A DNA stretch of 64,000 nt from Lama guanicoe (lineage: Eukaryota), in contig MU056898.1 of NCBI GenBank assembly GCA_013239625.1, positions 649,717-713,716 on the forward strand, given 5' to 3'. The translations under genes and the position numbers were made by a program. Under the pieces are notes generated by a model. It was given only the letters and a program-made list of their open reading frames with translations. It ran no database searches and had not been told where the DNA came from. Below, one piece after another: positions 32,121 to 44,129 of the stretch (positions are counted from its first letter, which is position 1; each line of letters begins with the position of its first letter).

Positions 32121-35100
32121 GTAAGCGCGGCGGGCGGGCGGGCCCCTCGCTGCCTCCCCTCGCCGGGTGACAGCTGCCATTATTGTTACCGCACAAGAGC
32201 GGACCTCCGGCCCCCGCCCGCGTGCGGCTGGTCCGGCGCCGCCGCCCCTCGCCCAGCCTCCAGCCGCCTCTAGTCCCCGCTCGCCCTGGCACTGGCCGCC
32301 ACTTCCAGGAAGCCCTCCCGGACGCTGCGCCCTCGCCGCTCGGCGCCTGCGAGGCCGGGCCTGTGCCGAGCCTGCGATCGCGGCCCGCGGGGTGACGGAG
32401 CTCACTGTGTAAGTGCCCGCCCCACCCCCCGTGCCTCCAGGGCAGGGGACGTCGGACGGGGCGACCGGCCCGAGCCGTGCCGGGTGTGAGGGAGGAAGCC
32501 CCAGGCTCCGGGAGCAGGGCCCTGACCAGCACTGATCAGAGAAGGCTTTCCGGAGGAGGTGTCCCCCAGGCTTACATCCCCCGGGTCAGGGCAAGCCGGC
32601 TCTCAGCTCTTCCTTTATCAAGTGTTTCTGGCGCGCAAACCATCTGCTGGAGCTATCACTGGATGAGTATACTACATTCCACTGGCGGGGGGCGGGGGTG
32701 AGGGGGAAAGTACGACAAAAAGCAGATCATGTAGATCAAGTGGGAAAGTGGAGAGTGCCCTGCAGAAAATAAAGCAGGCATGTAACCGGGGTGGGTCGGG
32801 GAGGCTGCTCCAGATTGGGTGCTGGGGACAGCCACTCTGACCCTGAATGTCACTGATGAGAAGGAGGCAGTCTTTCCATCTGAGAAGATCTCAGAGCAGC
32901 GGGACCAGCAAGTGCAAAGGTCCTGAGGTGGAAAAGTGAAGTGGTTCCAAGGCCTGAAAGAACGCTTGTTGAGATCTCGTTGTGGGGACAGTACGTGAGT
33001 GGAAGGGAGGCATGGGCCTGACTGTGAGAGCTGCAGGCCATGCTTGGAGTTTGAATTTATTCTGGCCACAGTGGGAAGCTTTTGGAGGGCTCCAGACAGA
33101 GGGAACTGGCTCGCTTTGCTTCCTTCTCCGGGAGATGGCAGTACCCAGCAGGGCTGCGCAAAGCTTACCCCTAGTAGAGGCTCAGTGCTGCTGGCCACCC
33201 AGAGCTGCTGACTCTGCCTACTTGTCCCTCAGGGCGCCAAGTCCTGCCTCATCTAGAAGGCCCGCCTGTCTGCGCTGGCCTCAGTTACTGCTCCTTCATC
33301 TTTGAAAAGTAACCTCTCACGTAGTGATTGTGAAAGTTACTCATGCCCGTTAGAGAAGATTTGGAAAATCAGTTACCCACCATCTAACTCCCTACAGAAA
33401 ACCACAGTTACTGTTTGGTGCATTTCCTTCCAGTCTTTTTTCAATACCTCCTTCTTTTTCCCATGTGCTTTTTAATAACTGAGATCGTATTTATATTGTT
33501 TAGTGACCTTTGCCGTTTAATTTATTGTTGGCATCCTCCCATACCCATGTATTTTCAAAAACATGATTTTTAAAACTCTAAGCTCTGGATACTCCTCTTT
33601 TTTCTGTCCACTTCCCTGCTTTTACTCTTTTGTTTTCCAGGTTGTGCTGGAAGTAATGCTGCTGTCAATATTCAATGTAAGCTCTAGTTAAATGTGCTAG
33701 GCTCTGAGGACGCAAGGAAAAGCTGAGCACCCGTGCCATGGTCTCGAGTTCAGTCTTGTGGAAGAGACTGGTGCAGGGCTCTCTGGGCATTTAGGAGACT
33801 CGCAGCCCTTGGCCCAGGCTAACTGGTTGTTTCTCTGCTAAGTTCAGAGCTGTTCTAAAGCAGGCAGGAACCGCCTGAGGGCAGGCACTGTCCAGTCTGT
33901 CCAGTCCCACAAGTCCCTTGGCACAGAGTCACCTCTGGGCTTGCTCGTGAACTTCATGGAGCACTTTCCGTGGTGCCGGGGAGCCCGCTATGCCATGGCT
34001 GTAAGCTGGCCTTGCTGGCCCACAGGCGTTACGTGGAGCCTGGGCACTGTCACCAGTATTTGTGAGCCAGCACTTACGACAGGGCTCACAGTTTCTAGAG
34101 CAATATAATATAATATAATAAAAGCTTCTAGGGTTCTGTGTCACCTGCTCTGCTGCTCAGGTCCCCCTCTGGACCTCCTGCTTATAGCCACCGTGCCCTC
34201 CTGCCTCCTGAGTCCTCCTCCAGCCTCACAATGACACTGCTCTAAAGCCTTTGTGTGCCAAGCCCATCGTCTGAGACTTCAGAAGTGGCTTCCGTTGCCT
34301 GCCCTTCCCCCGCGTAGTCATCACGCTTGCCCGTTTCTCTGTGTGTCTCGGCTGTTTGTTGACTGGACATTTAGGTCGTACGTTACAGCAGCGCCTCCCT
34401 GGGGAGTTGGTGTGGTTTGCTGGGGGGTTCGTTATTGGGCGAGTGACATGGCTGAGCTAACCCTGTGAAGTCGATTTCCCCGCATCGTGTATTGGTGCGG
34501 CCTCTGATTCCCCACTCAGATTTTTTCTTTAAATCTTTTAGCCCGACTACCTAGGGGTTACTCTTGGGTTAGCAGAAGCCACTTTTTGGCCAGAGGTGGT
34601 GTTTCGGCCCCTGGGCCAGTCAGACTTTTGCCCTGAACCACTGTGTGCATGTGTGTGCGTGTGTGTTGTGGAGGACACTATCATGGTTCAGGGGTTACCT
34701 TTTTGCCCCGTGCAACCAGGGACTAGTGCATGGTTTCCCCCTCGCATCTCTCCCGAGAGCGCAGCCTTGGACCTGAGCGGCGTCCTCCGGACCTCCTGGG
34801 ATGTGTGTCGCCGTGCTTGTAAGCCTGGCTTCCTGGGACCTGCTCTTGGGTCGGGGTGGCTTGTCATTCAGCCAGGGTCTGGGCAGCCCCAGCGCCACAG
34901 GGCTCGTGCCCTCCGGTTGATCTGGGTGCAGCGTGGGGGCTGTTTCTGAGTCTGCCCAAGCCCGTTCCAAGTGGGGGCACCCCAGTGCCCGCAGGCACCT
35001 TCCTGATAGGCAGGGCCCACCGCGACCTTGGGAAGGCACCTCTGCTCTTTCGGCTCTTAAGCTCTTGGTAGCTCTGCCGGTGGGCATTCCTGCTGCTGTG

Positions 35101-35534
35101 GTCATGGAGCGGGGTCGGGGGCGCGTGATGGCTGCTCACCGTGTCTGCGACCTGGCAGTGGAATCAGGGAGGGGCGGAGCGCTCCAGTCCCTGGTACATA
35201 GCCAGTCCCCTAGGCACAGCTGTCCGCCCGCCTCTTCCCCTGGGGAGGACGTCTGGGCCACTGCACAGCAGGGGCAGCACCGTTTCCCTGGAGTGACACG
35301 CCTGCGCAGGTCCCACGGTGGAGGGGGTGGTGCCGGATGGTGCTTGGAGAAGGGAGAATGAATTGGCCCTTAATGTGTTTCTTTGCTTTTTTCATACTGT
35401 GTATGGCCTCTTTCACTCTGCTGACTGAAGGGGTAGGTCTTGGGTTGTTCTGTGATTTCAGATAGTGACTATATTTTACTTCCTTGGTTCCTTCTGGAAG
35501 TTATCAGGACTTTATTCAGAACAAGAAATAGTAT

Positions 35535-35660
35535 GGGGAGGGGTGGTTGTAGCTCAGCAGTAGAGCACATGCTTAGCAGGCACGAGGTCCTGGGTTCAAT
35601 CCCCAGTACCGCCACTCGAAGAAAATAAATAAAGTTAATTAACACCCCCTCCTCCCAAAA
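35535..35660 (+). mobile_element. tRNA-derived camelid-type SINE (Vic-1-like)
   Basis: TAGCTCAGCAGTAGAG...GGGTTCAATCCCCAG; exact 10-bp target-site duplication AAGAAATAGT at 35523-35532 and 35661-35670. Confidence 0.88.
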
Positions 35661-36349
35661 AAGAAATAGTGACAAGCCTTCACAAAAGAAAGTTTTGCTA
35701 CTTTTCTGTGTGGTTTCAACAGTTGGCCTCCATGGCCGGCCGGCACGTCCTTTGTGAGGCCAGGGGCCTGCGCTCAGTTACCACCTTGCTTCCCTCGTCT
35801 CCCACGTGATCTGTTCGCAGTTCCCTGCCTTGCTTCCTGGATTTTGCACACCGTTCTCATGTACTTCGTTAAATGAAAACTGCTCTCTGTAATTGTCATT
35901 GGCTATTTATACCTTAAAATACCACCTGTTTAATGATGTCAAAAATCTAACTCAGTGGCTGGTTTTTTTAGAGTCTTGTTTATTTGGAATGGACTGCCGT
36001 CCCCTCGTAACCCAAATGCAGTCACTCCGCACCTTTATCTGGACCCTCCTTGTTTGGGAGGCATGCTGGAGGGTGTCCGACATTACGGCCGCCCCTGTCC
36101 GTGTCACAGTGCGGCCTAACACAGACACACGACTCTCCTGGGAAGGTTCCCTTCCCTCGCTGACACACAAGTACTGACGTCAGACAGTGCAGATTCCATT
36201 TTGCTCACCGGGCCAGGGCAGCTCCCTGGAGCCAGAAGGCAGGACCCTCTGGATGCCCAGACAGCGCCCGCGTGGGTGGGTGTGCGTGGGACTTCGATTT
36301 GTCCTCACCAGGGTGCAGTCGCAGATTCCTGTGCTTTGACGCAAAGATG

Positions 36350-36568
36350 AAATGGAGGGGGAGGGGTCAATTAAGAGTTAGCAGATACACAAACAGATAA
36401 TCAGCAAGGTCCTCCCGTAGCACACAGGGAACTGCATTCAGTGTAGTGGAAGAACCTATAGTGGAAGAGAACCTGAAGATGAACATGTAACTGAATCACT
36501 TTGCTGTTCACCTGAAACTAACACAATATTGTAAACCAACTATACCTTAATTTAAAAAATTTTTAAAA
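36350..36568 (+). mobile_element. LINE-1 3' end (artiodactyl-type)
   Basis: AACTGAATCACTTTGCTGTTCACCTGAAACTAACACAATATTGTAAACCAACTATAC plus A-rich tail. Confidence 0.85.
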
Positions 36569-36828
36569 AGGATATTTTGTCATGTGTGGAATGATGTTGC
36601 TAGATTGACAGGCCTGGAGCAGCCCGGCCCACAGTCTGGTTTTGTGTCCCCACTCGTTCCTTCAGGCGCGATGGAACACACTGGCCACTGCCTGCTCTGA
36701 ATATGCTGTCTCCTTGAGCTGAGTTTTGGGGTCCTGCGTCAGCAGCACGGCAGGGCTGATTCTGCTCTGAGCGTGACTGTGGAGCCAACTGGTGCCTGAA
36801 GGTTTCACTGTCTGATCTGTTCCTCCAG

Positions 36829-36885
36829 GGAGATGACAGTCTGTCTGCGATCACCTTTGACTCTGACCCTGAGAAGCTGAGTGCG
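36829..36885 (+). CDS. IQCE: IQCE exon 2 (57 nt)
   Basis: GDDSLSAITFDSDPEKLSA; ctccag| and GCG|GTGAGT. Confidence 0.88.
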
Positions 36886-38030
36886 GTGAGTGCGCAGGGG
36901 TGGCCACTTCCCCTTACACACGGTTCCCCCACAAACGCTGCGCTGAGGGCCAGATCCCCAGTTCCAAATGCTGCTCGGCGTTTGAAAAGTCCCAAGGCCT
37001 CAGCTGGATCTGAATAACTGGGATTATAATTTAAAATGTTATGAGCAGAGTACATCTGAAGCTAATGAAAGTTCCTGTCCTGCATTTGGCTTTGGCCTGC
37101 AACCCCCAGCCCCCAAACCCTGACATGCCAGGGGTCGGAGCAGAGCTCGGTGACGTAGGCAGTGTCGTAGGTGGAAGTGACCGAGGTGTGAGAAAGGAGA
37201 CCTTGCAGCTGCGGCTCAGAACTGTGCCCAGTCCTGGCCGACGGCCCCGGGGCTGGGAGCCAGCCTGACGGAGATTGGGCAGCGGGCGTGGGCAGGGCCC
37301 GGGTCACAGGCACACTGGTGCCCCAACCCGGCCTCCTGGGGTTTGTTTGGAAAGCTGTGCTGGGCAGTGAAGCAGGAGCAGGTGGAATTCTAGCCTCACC
37401 CCAGCGCACAGCGCAGCACAGCGGAAATCCGCCAGCAAGCCTCCCCTTGCTCCCAGGACTCCAGGGCGGCTTCCTGGGCCTGCTGGCTGAGATGAGGGGC
37501 TCTGCAGAGCTCAGTCCTCCCTCCACGCCACTGAGGACGGGGGCCCGCGATGCTCCCGGGAGGAGCAGGGATGCGAACCAGTCTCCCAGGGGAAGCTCGG
37601 CCTGCATGCAGCAGTCCAGTGCGCCCACTGGCAGGGGGTGAGAGGGCTCTCTGTCCAGTGCGACACGGATGGGGGAAGGAGGCATGGAAGGGGCACCCCG
37701 GCTGTCGGGGGAGCGCTCTCCCAGACAGGCCAGTCCTGCCGCCCCTGCCCTCTGCCTCACCCCCAAGTCCCGCCCCGGCGTGGGGACGGCCGGTGGGCGC
37801 CCTCGGTGCGGGTCTCAGTCGGGACACCTGTCTGTGCTGGGGCTGCGCTGCCCGTGTCGGGGCCTCCCTGCACTCTGTCTCCCTTTGCTCGGGCTCTGCC
37901 TAGTCTGGGCGGGTTAGCCTACCAGCCCGGCGCTTCTGAGCACACCGGGGACGCCGGTGCTCCCTGGCGGGGACATGCTGGCTGCTGAGGAAGCCTCCGC
38001 CTGCTTTACGCGGTCTCTGCTTTCTTTCAG

Positions 38031-38076
38031 AAAGCAAGGAGGAGAAGTTTCCACAAGCCTCCGCCCACATCCCTGA
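38031..38076 (+). CDS. IQCE: IQCE exon 3 (46 nt)
   Basis: KARRRSFHKPPPTSL; tttcag| and TGA|GTGAGT. Confidence 0.92.
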
Positions 38077-40284
38077 GTGAGTATGACCAGGGCCCACCTT
38101 TCGAATTCCCAGTTTAACTCAGAGGCTGGTTCTCGGGAGCTGTCCTTCCTGGTGTCCTGCGAGAAGGGTCAGGAATGTTTTCTTCTCTAAATACTTAGGA
38201 CCTTCCTGCCGGTTTGCTCCGTTTTGTGTTGGGACCTTGGGGGCACGCTCCTGGGTCAGCGCCTTCCCCAGGTGTCCCAGTGGGAGGAGGCCCAGCAGGG
38301 GCTGAGGTCCGGAGTTGTCACTGTCCCAGGGAGCCCCTCCACAAGACACAGTGCTTCCAGCCTTTTGTGTGCTCTTTTTGGAGTCGCCTCGCTCTTCCCA
38401 AGGCCACCAAAGTGAAGGAAAGGCAGGACTTGTTCCCTGAGACCCAGAGCAGCTCATCGGGTGCTGGGCTGAGTTCTCTGCTTCCCGCTGTCTTTGGGAC
38501 AGACCAGGCCCTGGGTTGGCTTCCCCTTGCTGCCCACAGTCCTGCAGCCTGGCCCGACCTTGTTAAGTGCGTGTGTGCGTGTGTCTGTATGTCTCTTATG
38601 TACACATGTATTTCCAGCGTACTGTCCTAAGCATGACACTCAGAGAACACAAATGAGCTTTCATATTAGCCCCAGAAAACATAATTAGGAAGATAAATTC
38701 CTGCAAAGGAAAGCAAGCGTGTCTTATTATTACAAGTAAATATGAACATTGGGAAGAAATCATCCAGCAGTTTGGGCTTTGGGTGTCTTGCTCTCCTTCC
38801 CTGGAGAAAACTGAGAGCAGATGTGAAGTGACAGTGTGGGTGTTGTGTGTTAGACCTCCTCGTTTCAGACCATTTTGTTTAAGTCTTTTTTGTCGAGAAA
38901 GTACCTAAGGTTAGACCATCTTTCATTATTCTTCCTGGAAGTCAGACATTTCAAGCGTTGAAAATACTACAATCAAATTTTATCTTGATTTCTGTGAATG
39001 TCAGAATTGTGTTTTCACGTAATTTAGAGTGGCCAGACTCCCCAAAGCATTAAAAACTGGAGGGAGTGTGCTGTAACTCAGTGGCCTCGCCGTGCTCACC
39101 CCAGCCACGCTGGGCACCTCTCGTCCCTGCACAAATTCTGGCCCCCAGCACAGTGCTCACCTGACATGACGCACTGTGTCCCCTCCGCTGAGCTGCCTCT
39201 TCTCTCAGGGCCCTGCCATGCTCCCCAGGTCTCAGGCCGCCCTGTCCCGGGCCCCCGCCGCCCCCTTCCCGATCCTCTCTCAGTAGGTGTGCTCCTGTCT
39301 GATTTCCGGGCCAGAGCAGCAGGGCCATGTCTGTCCTGTTCACTTAATTAGTGTTTTACTTTAATTCCCAATCTCGGTCCCTGTGGGTCTGTAGCTCCCG
39401 CTGTTCTGCGATTTTCAGTGGGCAGAGCCCCCTGAGGAGGGCGGGCCGGCGGCCATGTTTCCGGGCTTCCCGGGTTCACTGGTGCTCAGGCGCGTCAGCC
39501 ACCACCGATGTCCACCTCCTGCTGCGTCCCCTCTTCCCTCTTCCCGGCTTTCTCCATAGGCCACCTTTCGCTGAAGGGTTCTTACTATTTATTGGTGAAT
39601 CCCAGCCATTTAGGAGGGAAATGTCGTTTGTGGGCTTTTTTCTGATCACTGGCTTTCATGAATGAGCACTTACATGCATGTTTAAAGTTTGGAAGGCCTT
39701 CCACATACCCTGGAAATGGAGCACAGTGGTCCTGGGGCTGGAGGGGCCTCAGGGTCCAATGTGCCTTTACTCCCTCGTCCTGAACAATAATGGAAAACGT
39801 TCCATAAATCCTGAAACCGTGGAAAAATCTTTGAAATTTCAAGAAATTAAATATATTAGACTTAGAATCTCAGGACCTTCTACAGATACAGATTTCTTTG
39901 GTATTTAAGAAATACAAGTACATTTTATGAACAACTTGGTTATGCATAAATTTGCGTAATTTCCCTACTTTACATAATTAAAGAGTAAAATCCCAGATTA
40001 AAATATAATTTTAAAATCTCTCCCTCATTTTGATGACAAAATAAAAAATGCCTTGGAAAAGTATACTTTTTTCTCATTTCTTCTATTTTACATATTAAGT
40101 TCTAAATAATATTACTTGCATATTCTGTGGCAACATGAAAGAAGTATTTACAGTGTTAAGTATAAAGGATATAAAATTGTGTGTTCGCTATGACTGCGAC
40201 TCTGTAAAAATACATACATATCTGAAAAAGTTGAATGGGAAATTAAGTAATGTAATATTGGTAGAATTTTGGATCCATGTTTTA

Positions 40285-40429
40285 TTTTGTTTTCTGTTTT
40301 TGTCTCTGTTTTGGGGGGAGGTAATTAGGTTTATGTGTTTAGTTATTTATTTGGGCTGGGGATGGAGCCCAGGACCTGGTGCCTGCTAAACACACACTCT
40401 ACCACTGACCTATACCCTCCCCCTCCCCC
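40285..40429 (-). mobile_element. tRNA-derived camelid-type SINE (Vic-1-like)
   Basis: Reverse complement of GGGGAGGGTATAGGTCAGTGGTAGAG with T-rich tail; degenerate TSD GGATCCATGTTTTA / GGATTCATATTTTA. Confidence 0.82.
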
Positions 40430-40690
40430 GGATTCATATTTTAAAATAAATTTCCCCTATGTTATTTCTTTACAATAAGATTTTAAAAACAGATGTAAGT
40501 ACACATATGCAGCAGAGCTGCATTTTATAACGTGTTATAACATGTTTTTTATTTTTGTCAGAACGTGTTCTTCTGGGCTTGTTACTATGTCCTTGCGAAT
40601 GTTTTGCTTTGCCATTTTTGTCTTTCTAAAGCATGTATGTCAAGGGGGATCGATACTTTGCGCCTCTAAAACCATGTGTTGGCTTTTTAG

Positions 40691-40819
40691 AATCACCTTA
40701 TCATGCTAAGCCGAGCAAAGTGGCCTCCTGGAGAGCTCTGAGGACAGCAGCGAGCATGCCCCTCGGCAGCAGAGTGTCCTTGACCCCCCAGAAGCTGTGG
40801 CTGGGAAGCTCCAGGCAAG
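40691..40819 (+). CDS. IQCE: IQCE exon 4 (129 nt)
   Basis: SPYHAKPSKVASWRALRTAASMPLGSRVSLTPQKLWLGSSRQ; ttttag| and AAG|GTATGT. Confidence 0.94.
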
Positions 40820-41304
40820 GTATGTGGTCCCCGCAGAAGCCCTTCGTGCCCCAGAGAGGAGTGCTAAGAATGGCGGGTGGGGACTTGAGATAGAGCTCTA
40901 AATACCGCTCGCCTGAATGACAGTGTTCTGAACGTTCTCAGAGACACAGTGCCTCTGCTTTCACGCAGCGCAGAGTGTAGTCCGCACGTGGTCTGCGTGC
41001 GAGGGCCTCAGCTGGCCCGGCACCGCCGCCCGCCCGGGGTGGGGCCCCGGGGAGTGCCATGGCGCCCCTCCTGGCTTGCAGGAGCCGGCTGCTCAGCTGG
41101 GGGCGGAGGGAATATTCAGACCACCGAGATGGGCAGATGCGACCGATCGGGGCTTTATCTGTCTTGAGAGCTGGTGGTCGAACGTGTGCCACACGCCGCT
41201 GGTGGCCCTGAGTGTTCTTCATCCGGAAGACTGATTATAGAGACCACGCCTCCTATTGTACCTGCTTGTACCTGTTCTGTTAAATCCGTGCACATTCAAA
41301 CCAG

Positions 41305-41439
41305 GAAGTCTGACCCAAGCCCTGAGATCAGATCTCACCTTGGAGCGTGCGTGGACCACCCCCCCCAGCAGCACCCCCGACTATCTGACAGAAGCCATAA
41401 GAATGAGGAGGTCAAATCTCAGGCGTTCTGCCAGCCACG
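41305..41439 (+). CDS. IQCE: IQCE exon 5 (135 nt)
   Basis: GSLTQALRSDLTLERAWTT...LRRSASH; weak acceptor caaaccag|, donor ACG|GTGAGC. Confidence 0.9.
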
Positions 41440-41941
41440 GTGAGCATGTTGATGGTGACATGGCCGCCACTGAGGAAGAGCGAGAGGAAGGGCTCTGGGG
41501 CTTGGGGGTGAGCTGTGACAGTGAGATCTGGGGTTCCATCTGTAGGAGTCTGCGGGTGTCCTGAGGACGGTAGCCCCTGAAGGTCCGTCCCACCCCTGAT
41601 GTGGGCGGGGACATCTTCCGGGGCTTCAGTGTGCCTGCCTCCTGACACTTGGGGTCCTATTTCAATTTACTGGATAAGCAGTCTTAGAGATAAAAACTGT
41701 AAAGAGTACTAAAAAGCCCAAATCTCACCAGAAAGAGTTGGTTAGTTTTCATGTTTCTGTCCTCCTGTCTGGTGTTAAGCTGGGTGTTTCCTCCCTCGGC
41801 TGGCACTGCTTTTCCTGTCCGCCCCGTGGGAAGTGTGGAGACAGCGTGTCCCAGTGCCCGCAACATCCCCTTGCTGCACCGGCCGCTGGCAGGGCCATTT
41901 TGGGCTTGTGTGTCAGAGTCCTGGCCCTTCAGGGATCACAC

Positions 41942-42680
41942 AGCGCGGAGCGCCCCGCACACCGTCCGTTAGACGCGGGCGTGCTCGTCAGTGTGAGCGC
42001 ATGTGTGTTTGTTTTTTTATTATGTTTGCTGTTTATCGTATCACTTCCCCGTTAGACTCCCGTCTTTACTCCTTTACTATAATTAAGCCCCGAGTTCACA
42101 TGTTTCATTTTCTCTTCCTTCATCTTTCTGGATTTCCTCACTTTTGGGGAAAGAGCACGATCAGTTTAAAAATGTGGAAATACTTTTGCTTTTCTTTTTT
42201 ATTCTCCTTTTTTAAAAAAAAAAAAGGGATTGTGTTTTTAACTGTCATGTTTTCATTAAGGAATAGCCCAGAACTCTTGCCTTTCAGTGGGCCCTGTAAG
42301 AGGGCTGTGTAAGCGCGGAGCGCCCCGCACACCGTCCGTTAGACGCGGGCGTGCTCGTCAGTGTGAGCGCATGTGTGTTTGTTTTTTTATTATGTTTGCT
42401 GTTTATCGTATCACTTCCCCGTTAGACTCCCGTCTTTACTCCTTTACTATAATTAAGCCCCGAGTTCACATGTTTCATTTTCTCTTCCTTCATCTTTCTG
42501 GATTTCCTCACTTTTGGGGAAAGAGCACGATCAGTTTAAAAATGTGGAAATACTTTTGCTTTTCTTTTTTATTCTCCTTTTTTAAAAAAAAAAAAGGGAT
42601 AATGTTATTAACTTGCAGGTTTTCCTTAAGGTATAGCCCAGAACTCTTGCCTTTCAGACGGCCCTGTAAGAGGGCTGTGT
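41942..42680. repeat. 370-bp tandem duplication (2 copies), possibly an assembly artefact
   Basis: AGCGCGGAGCGCCCCGCACACC starts at 41942 and 42312; both copies end GCCCTGTAAGAGGGCTGTGT. Confidence 0.95.
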
Positions 42681-42692
42681 GTCTCCCTGCAG

Positions 42693-42763
42693 GCTCCGTC
42701 CCTGGGACCCCCATCCACAGAGAGAAGGAGGACATGTACGATGAGATCATCGAGCTGAAGAAG
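42693..42763 (+). CDS. IQCE: IQCE exon 6 (71 nt)
   Basis: GSVPGTPIHREKEDMYDEIIELKK; ctgcag| and AAG|GTAGTG. Confidence 0.95.
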
Positions 42764-44129
42764 GTAGTGTTTCCAGCTGTTCTTTGTTGATTTTAAGCAG
42801 GAAAGCCTGCTAATGACAGTGGCTGGGAAGTCAGCATCCGTGCTGGGATTATCTGTGGGGAAAGAACACGTGGTTTGGAGGGACACCTGGGTCTGACGCC
42901 TGGCCTGGGGTCTGAGGAGCTGGGCGACACTGGCTAGAGGAAGGCCTCGCACCAGCGGCGGGCGTGAGGGGCCGACGGTGGTTGGAGCCCACCTGCGCCC
43001 GGCCTGTCCGGCACGGTGGAGAGGACTGGGGTAGTCCTTGTGCGCCCTGAGGCTCGGCGTTGTGATAAGGTCACTGGGGGTGCTGTTACCAGAAACCTCC
43101 CGTGTGTGTAATTCTTTGGTGTTAACGGCACTGCGCACGCCCGACCTCAGTGGGGCTCTGCAGGAGCCCCTGGATAGCTTACAGCTGTCATCTGGTGATG
43201 ACCCGGAGACTCGGCGAGGTTAGGCGTCCAGCCGAGTTCAACCAGTAGCAGAACCGGGCTTTCTGGCGAGGCCCTCTGCCACCCGGGGCTGAGGCTCTTC
43301 TCGCTGACCCTTGCTGCTGCCCTCCCTGAAGCACCCGTGGCACTGCAGTTCATGATCACCACCCTCGTCACCTTCACCACCGCCAGGATTGCCGCCTGCT
43401 CTTTAATATCTGCACATACTCATGTGCCGCTGGGGGAGCGGCTGGGGCTCCCCCCACCGCAACGCTGGTCTGTGCACAGACCTGCCTTCCCCACCAGGCG
43501 AGCTGGACCTCGAGGGCTGCAATCAGTCTGGGCGGCAGGGGTTCGGCAGGGTGCTGGCGGCCAGCGTGTCCAGGGCCCGGTGAGGAGCCTGGCAACCGTC
43601 GCACCTGAGCAGCGGGACACTGCCCTCTCCTGGGTCCAAGCATGCCCAGGGATGTGTAGCAGTGGAAGTCTTGCCCAAGGGGTCACTGCAGCCCTGTCTG
43701 GGGAGGTGTTCAGCGAACGTGGGGTGACTTTCCCCAGGGTGCCACAGGAGAATTCTTATCTGGGTTCGGAGACTGTACTGCGTGAGCTCAGAGTCCCTGA
43801 AACTGCGACTAATCCCCACAGCAGCACTCTCGGAAGGAGCTTTCCTGGGGCAGAAACAAGTCTCTGGGTAGCATCGTACTGACTTTATTCAAACGAAGTC
43901 AGCCTGAGCTTCTCAGTCCCGACAGAAGAGAGTTTTACTTTCAACACTGTTGCTCCAGGATCTGGAGCGTCCAGGGTAGCTTTCCTCAAGCAAGTGATGC
44001 ATCGGTTTCCTGTTGAAAAACAGGGATGATAATAACAGTACCATTTCTCAGGGTTGTTGTGAGGGTTCGTAGACTAGCCCACGAAAGGGCGGTAGTGTCC
44101 TGCCTAACATGCAGTCCGAGGTCAGCCTG

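Larger units (their letters stand above)
31780..32500 (+). promoter_or_regulatory. IQCE: IQCE CpG-island promoter
   Basis: Very CpG-dense; contains exon 1 with Kozak GCCGCCATG, GC box and GCGC/NRF1-like runs. Confidence 0.88.

Noticed and set aside
42619-42630. Possible 12-nt poison microexon (ttgcag|GTTTTCCTTAAG|gtatag)
   Set aside because: The downstream intron would be only 62 nt, the donor is weak, and local base calls are suspect
42287-42790. 167-aa ORF fusing hydrophobic sequence to IQCE exon 6
   Set aside because: Upstream part is T-rich intron within the suspect duplication; exon 6 has its own canonical acceptor at 42692
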